Positions 21,801-33,800 of a stretch of 64,000 nucleotides of DNA are shown in pieces (position 1 is the first letter of the stretch; every line of letters starts with the position of its first letter). The position numbers and the translations under genes were made by a program. Origin of the DNA: Scyliorhinus canicula (lineage: Eukaryota); NCBI RefSeq assembly GCF_902713615.1, contig NC_052162.1, forward strand, positions 55,055,990-55,119,989. The letters are read 5' to 3'. The notes beneath the pieces were generated by a model, which was given only the letters and a program-made list of their open reading frames with translations, ran no database searches and had not been told where the DNA came from.

Positions 21801-24800
21801 GATCCACCGTGGAAAATAGCCGATATTGGGCGATCTGATTAACCATGTCTGCAATTCCAGGGAGGGGATACGTGTCTAGGAGCGTAAAGCGATTTATGGT
21901 CTGGCTATAGTCGACGACCATGCAAAATTTTTCCCCGGTCTTGACGACCACCACCTGAGCTCTCCAGGGACTATTACTGGCCTCTATGATCCCCTCACTG
22001 AGCAGCCGTCGGACCTCCGATCGGATAAAGACCCTATCCTGTAGGCTGTATCGCCTGCTGCGAGTAGCTACTGGCTTGCAATCTGGAGTGAGATTGGCAA
22101 AGAGCGGAGGGGGGGAGATGCGCAGCGTGGTTAGGCTGCAAATAGTGAGTGGGGGCAGGGGCCCGCCGAAGCTGATGAGGCTCTTGAGGTTACACTGGAA
22201 ATCCAGGCCTAATAAGAGTGGCGCGCAGAGGTCGGGCAGGACATAAAGTTTAAATTTAGAATAACTAGCGCCTCGAATTGTGAGCGTAGCAACAGTGCGT
22301 CCTTGGATTTGGACTGAGTGGGAGCCCGAAGCGAGGGCGATAGTTTGGCTCACCGGAAAAATAGAAAGCGAACAGCGTCTTACCAGCTCTGGATGTATAA
22401 AGCTCGCGGTGCTCCCGGAGTCAGAGGCATGGCGTGCTGTACCCATTGATCTGCACCTCCGCCATTGAACTTCGTAGGTGCTTGGGGCGGGATTGATCTA
22501 GGTTGACAGCGTTGAGTTTCGGGTCACGTGGTGAGTGCCCGAGAAAGTCGTATTCTTCAGATGAGCTTTCTGAGCATGCGATGCAGATGGGGCCCGTGGA
22601 TCGCACGTGGTGAGCGGCGAGGAAGATGGCGGCCCCCGTGAGTCGCACGTGGCCGGCCGCATGGTGGGGGTTTGCCAAGATGGCGGCCCCCATAGATCGC
22701 ACGTGGCGGGAGGGGGCGGTGTCGGGGCGTAGGCCGCAGTGTTTCGGGCCCCGCGGGCCCGCTGGTGTTGGGAGCGATTTGTTCTCTCTGCAGGGGAGTT
22801 AAAAACTGGGGCCCTTTTCGCGAGGCACACTCTGGCATAGTGGCCTTTCTTCCCGCAGCTGCTGCAGGTCGCGGATCGGGCTGGGCAGTGCTGCCGCGGG
22901 TGCTGGCTTTGGCCACGGAAATGGCAGGCTGGGGCAGCTGAGTAGCTGGCTGGAGCAGCTGAGTAGTTGGCTGGGGCAGCAGAGTAACTGGCTTTGGCAG
23001 CGCGGTAGCTGAGGGGCCGTGCGGCACAGGCTTGGGGGGATTGTTGGTCGGGGGCCCACGATGATGTCGCGGGAAAGGAGGTGAGGCTGCGGAAGGAGAC
23101 TTCCATAGTGGTAGCAGCCTCCACAGTAGTGTCTAAGTCCTGGGCCCCCTTTTCTAGCAGTCTTTGGCGCACATAGTTAGATCTAAGGCCCACTACGAAA
23201 ACGTCCCACACAGCAAGCTCCCTATGTTCAGCCACGGTAACGGCTTGGTAATTACAGTCATTGGAAAGATTGTTCAATTCCCGTACAAACTCAGCAAGCG
23301 TTTCTGTAGGCCGCTGATGGCGAGTAGTAAACACGTGACGTGCATAAACCTCTTTAATGGGCCTAACGCACATTTTGTCCAATATCGCCAGCGCTGCGGT
23401 GTAAGAACCGGCCGGATTTAGCTGTGTAGAGATTCTGTGGCTTACCCTCGCGTGCAGTAGGCTGAGTTTTTTTGTTCCTCCGTTGTTCCAGCGGTGCTGG
23501 CTTCTGCCAGGTAGGCTTTAAAACATCTCAGCCAGTGGGAAAAAATTTCCTTAGCCTCTGCATCCTGTGGGTCGAGTTCTAGGCGTCCGGGCTTGAGGGC
23601 TGCTTCCATGATTTTCTTCGACTGTTTCCTAAGTATATTAAATTGTTGGAACCAACAATTCTACGGACATGTGCTTGTAGGATTAGAATAGCGGTTTTAA
23701 TATACTTACAACAGAGCCAGCCTGTTAGCCGTTGAACTTTCGGTGAACTGGGCGGCTGACCCTGTGGCACTGATCCAAATACAGCAGCTCCCGGGGAGGA
23801 GTCCTGGGCGGAGTAAAGGGAGAAGCCCAGTACAACTCTCGAGTATTCCCAGAGCTACTCCCCCTGGTGGTCATGTTATTCCCTCAACTGCAGCTGGATC
23901 CGCCCTGCCGGCTAGCTCCGCCCATAGGGAGCAGTATAAATATTCATAAGCTCTCCTGAGCTGCCATTCTACAGCTCAGTTGAGGGAATAACATCTCTCG
24001 GTAATATAGCCTCTTTTGTATTGTTTCGTGATTCTGTGTGCAATTGTTAGCACATCAGACATCCTACCCAAATGGGACAAATTTGTCTGCCAATTACCCC
24101 TGGGAACTGGGTGAAAAGAACCAAAACCCAAGGACTCTAACGGAAGCTAACTTGCTTGTCATCTCCTTCTACATGTGGCTGCTCCAGCATTTTTCAACTC
24201 TGTCCATGTCCTGCTGGACAAAAGGCATTTGGCACCATTGTTGGGCTCTTCATTTTTAGGTGCAAGGAAGTTTCTTGTAACTATTTTACAAAAACCCCAA
24301 CTTGTGTCATTTGAAGTATCTCCTGGTTTTACAATGTCTTTAACTGAAGGGAAAAGCTAGTTCAACTGGAGCTTAGCATTTTGTTATGGTCCTCCTAAAG
24401 GCCATTTCAATTTGGTTTTGGGGAGGATCAGCCTTGCAATACTGTGATCATAAACAAGTCTTTCACCAACTAATGTACCCTAGGTGGGATTCTCCGACCC
24501 TGTGCATGCGCGAACTCGCGCCGGCCGTGACGCGCATGGGCGGACCCGTGCTGACGCCCGTATCGGCAGCTAGAGCAGCGTGAGGCTCTCTAGTGCCGTG
24601 CTGGCCCCTTGTGTGGCGCAGGGTCGCTGATCGTAGGGGCCAGGTGACGCCGTCGTAAAACGCTCCGGCGTTTACGACAACATCAACACTTATCCCCAGG
24701 ATCGGAGAATCCTGCCCTTGAACCCTGTAGGTTACACAATTTATTTCACAACCAAAGTTTGTCTTCACCAATTGTTTGCAGTTCTTTGATATTCATTCAT

Positions 24801-27800
24801 TCATTCATTCATATTCATTCATTTATAGATTCCCTCGCAAGATTGTTACTTATTGAGTTCCTCCTGAATAGTATTAGTTGAAGTCTGGGTTCATGTTGTT
24901 TACTCATCCTCCGTATCACAAGAGGTAATGGGATTGTTGGGAGGGAATTAAAATAATTTGGATGTCATGATATGAGGAAAATGCATCTGTACTTAATTTC
25001 ATTTACCCAGCAGAGTGCTGGGATTTCAATGGTTTTAATGACCAATGCTTATAATAATCCACCTTTTTATATGCAATCAGGATGACGGTCTTTATATCAA
25101 ACGTTCTCCTTCATCACCCCAAGGTGGTCCAAAGAAGAGATCGGCTTTTGAAGACCTCACAAATGTAAGTTCTGTGACTCGTTTCTTTTCTCCTGACTGT
25201 CAAAAGCAAACCGGTTCTGTACCTCTTTAATTTTTACTGTTGGAGTACGAATATCTCTTTTATTCATACCTTTTTCCTTGCCCCTTCATCAATGCTAATA
25301 GGCGAAGCAAGGTCAAGATCTGGTTTCAAAGAAAAAAGGTGGGAAGTCAGTGGGCAAGAAAACTCTGAAAAGTACTGCTGGAAAAGAAACATCCAAAAAC
25401 GATGAGAATAATCTCAAACGGTGAACATTCTTTTTTTTCTTCATGTTTGCATTTTTCAGAACTGCCATATTGAAAATTCCTAAATATTTTGCACAGTTCA
25501 TTGTTTTATAATTCCAGTGACTGAGGCTGGAGCATCTCTCAAACAAAAATGAGATGCGCGAGTAATTATTTTGTTTTATGATCTGGAGATGAGTGTCCTT
25601 GAGCAACTTTCTTTTCATCCTTTCATACTGTTATACTGTCAATTCACTTGTGAGACCGTGAGAATGGATGAACATTAGGCTTTATTATCCATGAACTCGC
25701 CTGCCATAGTCGGCTGTATAAATGAGTGCCACCCACAGGTGGCTGGTCTATATATGGCCCCGGTGAGGGTGAAGCCAGAGGCGGAGCCCACCGGGGTTCC
25801 AGTGCAGTACCTGGAAGTAGCCCGTATCATCACTTCCAGGTTATAGGTCACATCATTCTACAGACAGTACAGACAGCTCATGCATTAGGTGAATACATTC
25901 ACCACACATACCTCTTACAATATGTTTTGGCTGAGTGGTGGCTATCTTCTAGTTTCATCTAATACTGTTATGAAATAGAATAGCTAATGTGAATATTGAA
26001 TGCCCTAGGGAAGTGCTTTGCATCTGCTCGGTGAACACATTGGTTAGCACTGTTATTTCACAGCGCCAGCAGCCCGTGTTCGATTCCCGGCTTGGGTCAC
26101 TGTCTGTCTGTGCGAAGTCTGCTTGGTCTCGTCATGGGTTTCCTCCGGGCGCACCGGTTTCATTCCACAAGTCCCGAAAGACATGCTTGTTGGTTGAATT
26201 GGACATTCTGAATTCTCCCTCGGGCGCTGTAGTGCGGCAACTAGGGGATTGTCACAGTAACTTTATTGTAGTGTTCATGTAAACAAACCTCTGACACTAA
26301 TAAAGATTACTGTTATTAATGTTGGATAGCCTCCAATATGTCCCCCTGACTATCAACCTGTGGAGTGTTGGGTGTAATAATATAATACAGCTGCACTCAT
26401 TGACTTCTGTAAGTGTGAAAAGTGTAATATGTTCTTCACACACCCACACCATTATTTACAAAGGAGACTTGAGGCATTCCGTCAACTGGATTGACACCTG
26501 CACCATTATTGTTTGCAGCAACATCAATTATATAGCACCTTTTTAATGATATAAAATGTCTCTTGAGTGTTTCAAAGGAACATTATGGAACACAAAATAT
26601 GACAACAAAACCATATTGGTTCAAATGACCAAAATATAGAATCCCTACAGTACAGAAGGAGGCCATTCAGCCCATTGGGTCTGCACCGACCATTTGAAAG
26701 ACCACCTGACACTGGTCCAATCCCCGCCCTATCCCTGTAAGCCAAACTAACCTTTGGACACTTGGGGGCAATTTCTAGCATGCCATGCACCTAACCTGCA
26801 CATCTTTGGACTGTGGGAGGAAACCCACGCAGACAAAGAATGTGCAAACTCCTCCCAGTCAGCTGAGGTTGGAATTGAACCCGGGTCCCTGACGCTGTGC
26901 AGCAGCAGGCTAACCACTGTGCCACCATGCTGCCTCGTTAAGAAAGTAGGTTTTCAGGAGTGTCTCAAAAGGAGGATAACAGTCTGCCTGTGACTTCAAC
27001 GTTCCCTTCTCAGTTATAGATGTCAGAACGGTAATTGAGACACCATTACTATTTGCTCCAGACAAATATTGGCCAGTCGGACACTGCTTCTCTTTATACG
27101 TTTTGTATCTAAATTTGCATAGTACGCATCTTAACATAACTGTATGTCCCATATTTGGCATTAATGTTTTCCTGTGGTGGTAGTATTGGTGTCCATCAGT
27201 GCTCTTATTGTTTTGGAGTCCTTTAAATTTCATTTATTGATAAGTGTGAGGTTATTCACTTTGAAAGCAAAATTCAGGAAGGCAGATTACTACCTGAATG
27301 GCTATAGATTGAGAGAGGGGAGTGTGCAGTGGGACCTGGGGTGTCCTTGTGCACCAGTCGCTGAAGGTAAGCATGCAGGTGTAGCAGACGGTAAAGAAGG
27401 CTAATGATATGTTCGTCTTCATTGCAAGAGGTTTCAAGTATAGAAGCAGAGATGCGTTGCTGCAATTATACAGCGCCTTGTTGAGGCCACATCTGGAGTA
27501 TTGTGTACAGTTTTGGTCTCCTTCTCTGAGGAAGGATGTTCTTGCTCTTTACCAGACTAATTCGAGGGATGGCAGGACTGTCATATGAGGAGAGAGTGAT
27601 TAGATTTTGTTCTCGCTGGTGTTCTGAAGAATGTGTGGGGATCTCATAGAGACTTAATTCGAATGGGACCAGACAGGGTAGATTCAGGGAAGATGCTACC
27701 AGTGATGGGTGTGTCCAGAACCAGCGGTCACAGTCTGAGGATCCAGGGTAAACCATTTCGGACAGATAGGAGATATTTCTTCACCCAAAGAGTGGTGAGC

Positions 27801-30800
27801 CTGTGGAATTCATTGCCACAGGAAGTAGTTGATGCTATAACATTGAATATATTCAACAGGCGGCTAGATATAGCACTTGGGGAGAATGGGATCATGGGAT
27901 CAAAGGCTATGGGGAGAAAGCAGGATTAGTCTATTGAGTTGGATGATCAGCCATGATCGCGATGAATGGCAGAGCAGACTCCAAGGGCCAAAAGGCCTCC
28001 TCCTGCTTCTCTCTTCTATGCAGCTATTGACAATTTGATATGCACACATTAGCGCATTTGACCTGTGACTTTTTTTCCTCCAATGTGTACACCATTCCAT
28101 TGTAAATTGCATCAATTCTTATTCATTTGCACGGTATGAAATTTCATATCCAAGAATAAAGTACAAAATTATTCTATATATTGATTATTCAATTGGGTAA
28201 CTGCCAAACTCTCCGAGCTGTGTAAAATATGTTCTAGTTTTATTTGCTTTTAACAAAATTGTGACTCACTAATTAATGGGGGTTGATTTATCTGAAATCT
28301 GCTGGGATTGAGGATTTGTAAGAAATTGTTCTTGGATGCTTTTCGTAAGGTATTGATCATCAGGATTGCTTCCTGAAAGCAATACCAAACTGACTTTTAA
28401 TTATTAACCACACCAAAGGATATTTAAAAATCCCTTCCTTCTTTTCCATTTGTCTCTTCAGTACAGGACCCAAAGATTCCCAGGAGCAGCAGGATAATGC
28501 TGTAGAGGAAAAGAAGCCGGAGAAACAGGATAATGCTGGAGAACCTAAGGAGCCAGCCTCACCTGAAGAAAAAATAGCTGATGTAGATAAATCAGTAGGC
28601 ATAAAGGTAAGGAAGGCTAGAGAATATAAAATTCATTCGTTATGACTCCATGGCCAACACAACCAGCAACCACAATTCAGTACCAGCAACTTTTGAGGCA
28701 CAAAGTGAAGAATTAATAAGGCAACAATTGTAATATAAGAAAATTTGTGCATATTGGAATTTGAAATATGAGCAAGCTGACATTGTGCACTGTTCTTTCG
28801 ATATTATATATACATCCTGAAAATAAGTATATAAATGTGTTTTGTTTGGCTTGGTGCTCTGGTTGATCTGAACCTTTTTCTAATAAAATTATTAATAATT
28901 TTCCGCTAACTCTTAATTTTTTTTGCATATTGTCACTCCTCATAAGGGAACTGTTTGAATTCAATATTTTAACTTTTGTACCATTGAATTGCAGCATAGT
29001 TCCACTTTCTTGCGCTGAAAATGAATGTGCCAATTCTGTTAAATGTAATGGAGGGAAGTGCACTGCCAGAGGCATGCCTAGAATGCCAACAACCATTCTT
29101 GTTGAAACGTAAACTCTTTTTGGATACAGTCTTGTTTATACTTTGTGCTTTGACTCTTAAGAAATCGGCATGTACATTTGCCTATAATTCTGATTGGCAA
29201 AAGGCGCATTTTCTTAGATTATTGTGCATTCAAAAACCCCCAAGAAGCTGGAAACTGTTCAGGACAAAGCAGCCCACTTACCACCCTATCCACCACCTTT
29301 AAACATGAATTCACTCCATCACTGATGGATGGTGGCAGCAATGTGTGCCATAAAAATACAGCAGAAATTTATCAATTTATCCTTTCTTCTACCCTTGAAT
29401 ATAATTGTACGGCAAAATGAATGCATTTTTGAAAGATAAAAGATGTTTGACAGGATTGTCTGATGTGGCACCTCACTTTGTGTTATGAACATGGAGATCA
29501 AAAATAGGCATGAGTGATTGGGTACATTGGCCAACAACTTTGTTTTACAAGTTTTGGCCAAATCCTGAGGAGAATACAACAGCATGGAGTAATTATTTTA
29601 TTTAAATTCCAGCAAGATGACCTGCTGATTTTGGAGAAATTAATTAAGTCAATTTGCTATCTGTCAAATTCTTAGATAGAAAATACTTCCATAAGGGTAA
29701 AAAAAAAACAGCCTTCGGTTTTATTATTATTATCATCATTAAATTCCCTGCATTCTTTGGCAACTATTGTAGGATACTCCTGGCTAGGTAATGAGTACTG
29801 GCTTCTGTATAATATTCTGAAGGAGTTAAACTGAAATTTATCAAAATATCAGAGAATTGTAGAAAATATCACTGCATTTTATAAAAAGAGAAATTCTATG
29901 GCTTGTAGCTGTCTGCCTATGATGATGTCGATGAAGAAAATCTGAACGACCCATTTCTGAATGCAATCTATGCGAATGATATATTCAGCTACATGAAGGA
30001 GAGAGAGGTAAGCAATCTATTACTTTTGGAAGCTTCCTGCTTACTTCAGCATTGGCAGGATCTTGTACATTTTGAAACGGAATTGTTGGATGTTGCAGGC
30101 AATCTGTTTAATTCGCCACACTGTTGTTACATATCGCCCCCTCACATTTTTCTACCTAGTGCTGTGCATTTGTAATCTAATATTGAAGAATTCTAAATGG
30201 TTAAAGCGTTCAGTAGCAGCTGCACAAAAGTAATAATGCCATTCACTGGTTTGTTGTCATGCAAATTAATTTTCAGTATAGGATAAACAATTGTATTTTT
30301 TTATATATTTTAAAAACAGTTGGATAAATATCTGGCTTGAAATGCAATTATGGAACTATTGTTTGATGGGACTGGCAGTGACTGCTTCAGTGATGATAGA
30401 AAATTTGTCATCCTGAAAATCAAAAATGTAAGAATTAATCAATATTCTGTTACTTTGATTATTTTGCAGCACTTTTTTGTAGGCATTCGGATGGATTGCA
30501 TAGGAGTCTGTGATAGAATTAAGTGTTAAAAGTCTGGTTTAAGGGGAGGGCTTGAAATGTCAGATTGATTTTTTAAGTTTGTGTTATCAGCTGCACGGGC
30601 ATCTTTTGAGTGCGAAATCCATTATTTTTATCGAAGTTGAAAGGTGTAAACCAGAAAAATTCAGTTTTCAATTCTTTGCAGATGTGCTTCTGTGGGTTTT
30701 GTCTGGACTTCAACTGTTGAATAAGCAAAATATATTAACGTTTAGATACATTACAATCTACTCCATAACAATGTGATTCTTGGATCTGGCAGGAGAAATT

Positions 30801-33800
30801 TGTCCTGAAGGGTTATATGCAAAAGCAGCCTGACCTGAACATCGAGATGAGGGCAATCTTGGTAGACTGGATGGTTGAGGTACAGGTAAGCACAATATTC
30901 GCCTCGAGCTTCAGTTGGTTGCTTTTCAGTAGATGGTTTGTTTCGGTTCTCTCTCTCACACAAAGTGGCTACTGCACGATGTACGATTCATGGTCAAGAG
31001 AGCTGGCACAAGACTGTGCAGTGGAGTATTGAGAGAAGTCTGAATGACTCCCAGTTCTTATCATTTTCCTACCCCCAATTTGATTAACTTGGAGGTGTGA
31101 ATTATTTTTCCTCCCTTTTTAGAGCTTTTCTTGTAGAAGGACCGAGGGTGAAATTCAGGCACTCGCGCACCTTTTCATTCAGATCGAATTTGTATATTTC
31201 ATGAGAATAAAACTGGAGGATTGAACTGATGGTAGAAATCGTATTACTGGCTTTTTTGCATGAAATATGACAAACTCAACATTTTTATTGTATGGGGTAC
31301 CTGGTGGTACATTCAGGATGCCAATATTTTAGGGTTTCGGATGACTTTAGCTCAGGTTAGAAACCAAATATCAAATGATTTTACTGTAATACCAACATTC
31401 CAGATTATTTAAGAACCTACTAATGAGCAAATATATTGGTCATGTACTAAAATGGGTAATTTCTAGGTTTTTACTTTGACCGGAGACTCGTCTGCCCATC
31501 AACGCTGCTATAGATTTCCCACAACAACTGCAATTGACCTCCAGATCTGTCTATTCAGAATTTTCATTTGTGGCATTAAAAGAAGAAGCCTTTGCAGACA
31601 ATCCAGCCTTTTGCACCTGTTGTAACATATGATCTGTATCTTGATGCCTTTCACAGCCCTCTGTGACCTCCACGCTCTAAAACCCTCTGAGATTTAGGTG
31701 TTCCGCTTGCGCATCTGGGAATGACGTCAATCATTTCACAGACTAAGCACTGGAATTCCCTCTCTCAAACCTTCTTCCTTAAAACCTACATTTATGGACT
31801 CTGCTTTTAGTATATCTCTTGGACTCTCACTGTTCCTAGCTTTTCACGCCATGCTGGGTGTGGCCTTCTTGTGATAAATAACATGTAACGTTCACATACC
31901 TAAATTCATTGGTCTCAATGTATTATTTTATTTTCAAAAGGAAAATTTTGAGCTGAATCATGAGACTCTGTACCTGGCAGTGAAGCTAGTGGATCATTAC
32001 CTGGCAATGACTGTGTGTATGAGAGAAACACTGCAACTTCTGGGCTCTACTGCATTCCTCATTGCTGCTAAATTTGACGTAAGCAATTTTAGCAATTTGT
32101 ATATGAATTGAATTTTTTGGCCTCCTCTCTTCACCCTCTAAACCTGAACTTATCTAAAATTCTGCTGCCTGTATCCGAACTTGTACTAGGTCCAGTTCAC
32201 CCATCACTACTTCATGGCCGTATATCCCTTTTAGAACATAGAACAGTACAGCACAGAACAGGCCCTTCGGCCCTCAATGTTGTGCCGAGCCATGATCACC
32301 CTACTCAAACCCACGTATCCACCCTATACCCGTAACCCAACAACCCCCCCTTAACCTTACTTTTTGTAGGACACTACGGGCAATTTAGCATGGCCAATCC
32401 ACCTAACCCGCACATCTTTGGACTGTGGGAGGAATCCGGAGCACCCGGAGGAAACCCACGCACACAGGGGGAGGACGTGCAGACTCCACACAGACAGTGA
32501 CCCAGCCGGGAATCGAACCTGGGACCCTGGAGCTGTGAAGCATTTATGCTAACCACCATGCTACCCTGCTGCCCCTTTTATCTCCATACATTTCTCCAGC
32601 CCTACAGCATTCTGAAAATGTTGCATTCCTCCAACGCTGGCTCTTGGACATTTCTCGCTTTATTTACCCCCACCATTGGCACCTCTATGTTCAACAATGT
32701 AGACCTTGAGCACTGCCCTCCCTGTAATCTCTCCTGCCTCCTCCTTTTTAAGGTGCTCCTTAAAACCTAATGTTTCTTTATTAGGCTAAGCGCCAATATT
32801 TCTCAATTATGCTCCTATAAATAGTCTTGCTATAGAACAGTCCTTGGGAAGGAAGGAGAGATTCATTATAGGATTGGCATGTGCTCTCACCTGAGGGGTA
32901 CCTGGCACAATGAGTAAGGACCCTTTGTTTTTATTAGGTAGTGTGCTAACTTCTAGTACAGTAAGAAGTCTTACAACACCGGTTAAAGTTCAACAGGTTT
33001 GTTTGGAATCGCTAGCTTTAGGAGCATGGCTCCTTCATCAGGACACCCCAGTCCAACACCGGCCTCTCCACATTAACCTCTGGTATAGCATCAGAATGAA
33101 AAGCAACCTTGCGAAAAAGTTAACTTTTTATAAAAGAGCAACTTTATTATACTTGAGGACAACAACTATCATTCAATCTGTTAAAATGGCAGCATAGTGC
33201 CAGGCATTAAACTGTCAGATTCTAATTCTCCAACCTACCCATTAGTTATGATCTTGGCTGCAGTATCCATTTTCGCTTCAGGCCACTATAATGTACCCAT
33301 TTTGTGAGTAGTTTTGGTGCTGTAACATCGCCATAGTCCCAGGTGACCATAGGCTGCTTTCCTCTTAAGGGGGAGAGCTGACTGCTGGTGATTTAACCTA
33401 CCCCTCTGGTGAGGGACAAGGTTAAGAAGGCACGTCTTCATGAGTAGGGAAAGATACATAACCAATAAAAGGTAATCAATCTAAACCCTTATTTGTACAA
33501 TCTGTGTTGCTGGGCCAGAGACTATTATGGGGAAGTGGGCGTGGTGCCTTCAGTGTGGATTGGGCTGATACACGGTTGCCATTTCTAGGAGCGGTGCCCT
33601 CCGTGCGTGGATGATTTCTTGTACATCTGTGATGATGCCTACCAAAGAGAGGAACTGCTTTCAATGGAGATGAACATTCTCCGAACCCTAAAGTTTGACA
33701 TCAATATTCCTGTGGCTTATCGCTTCTTGAGAAGATATGCAAAGGTTGGTCATTTAAAAAAAATATATTATAATTGGAACTAAACATTTTGTATCATTAT

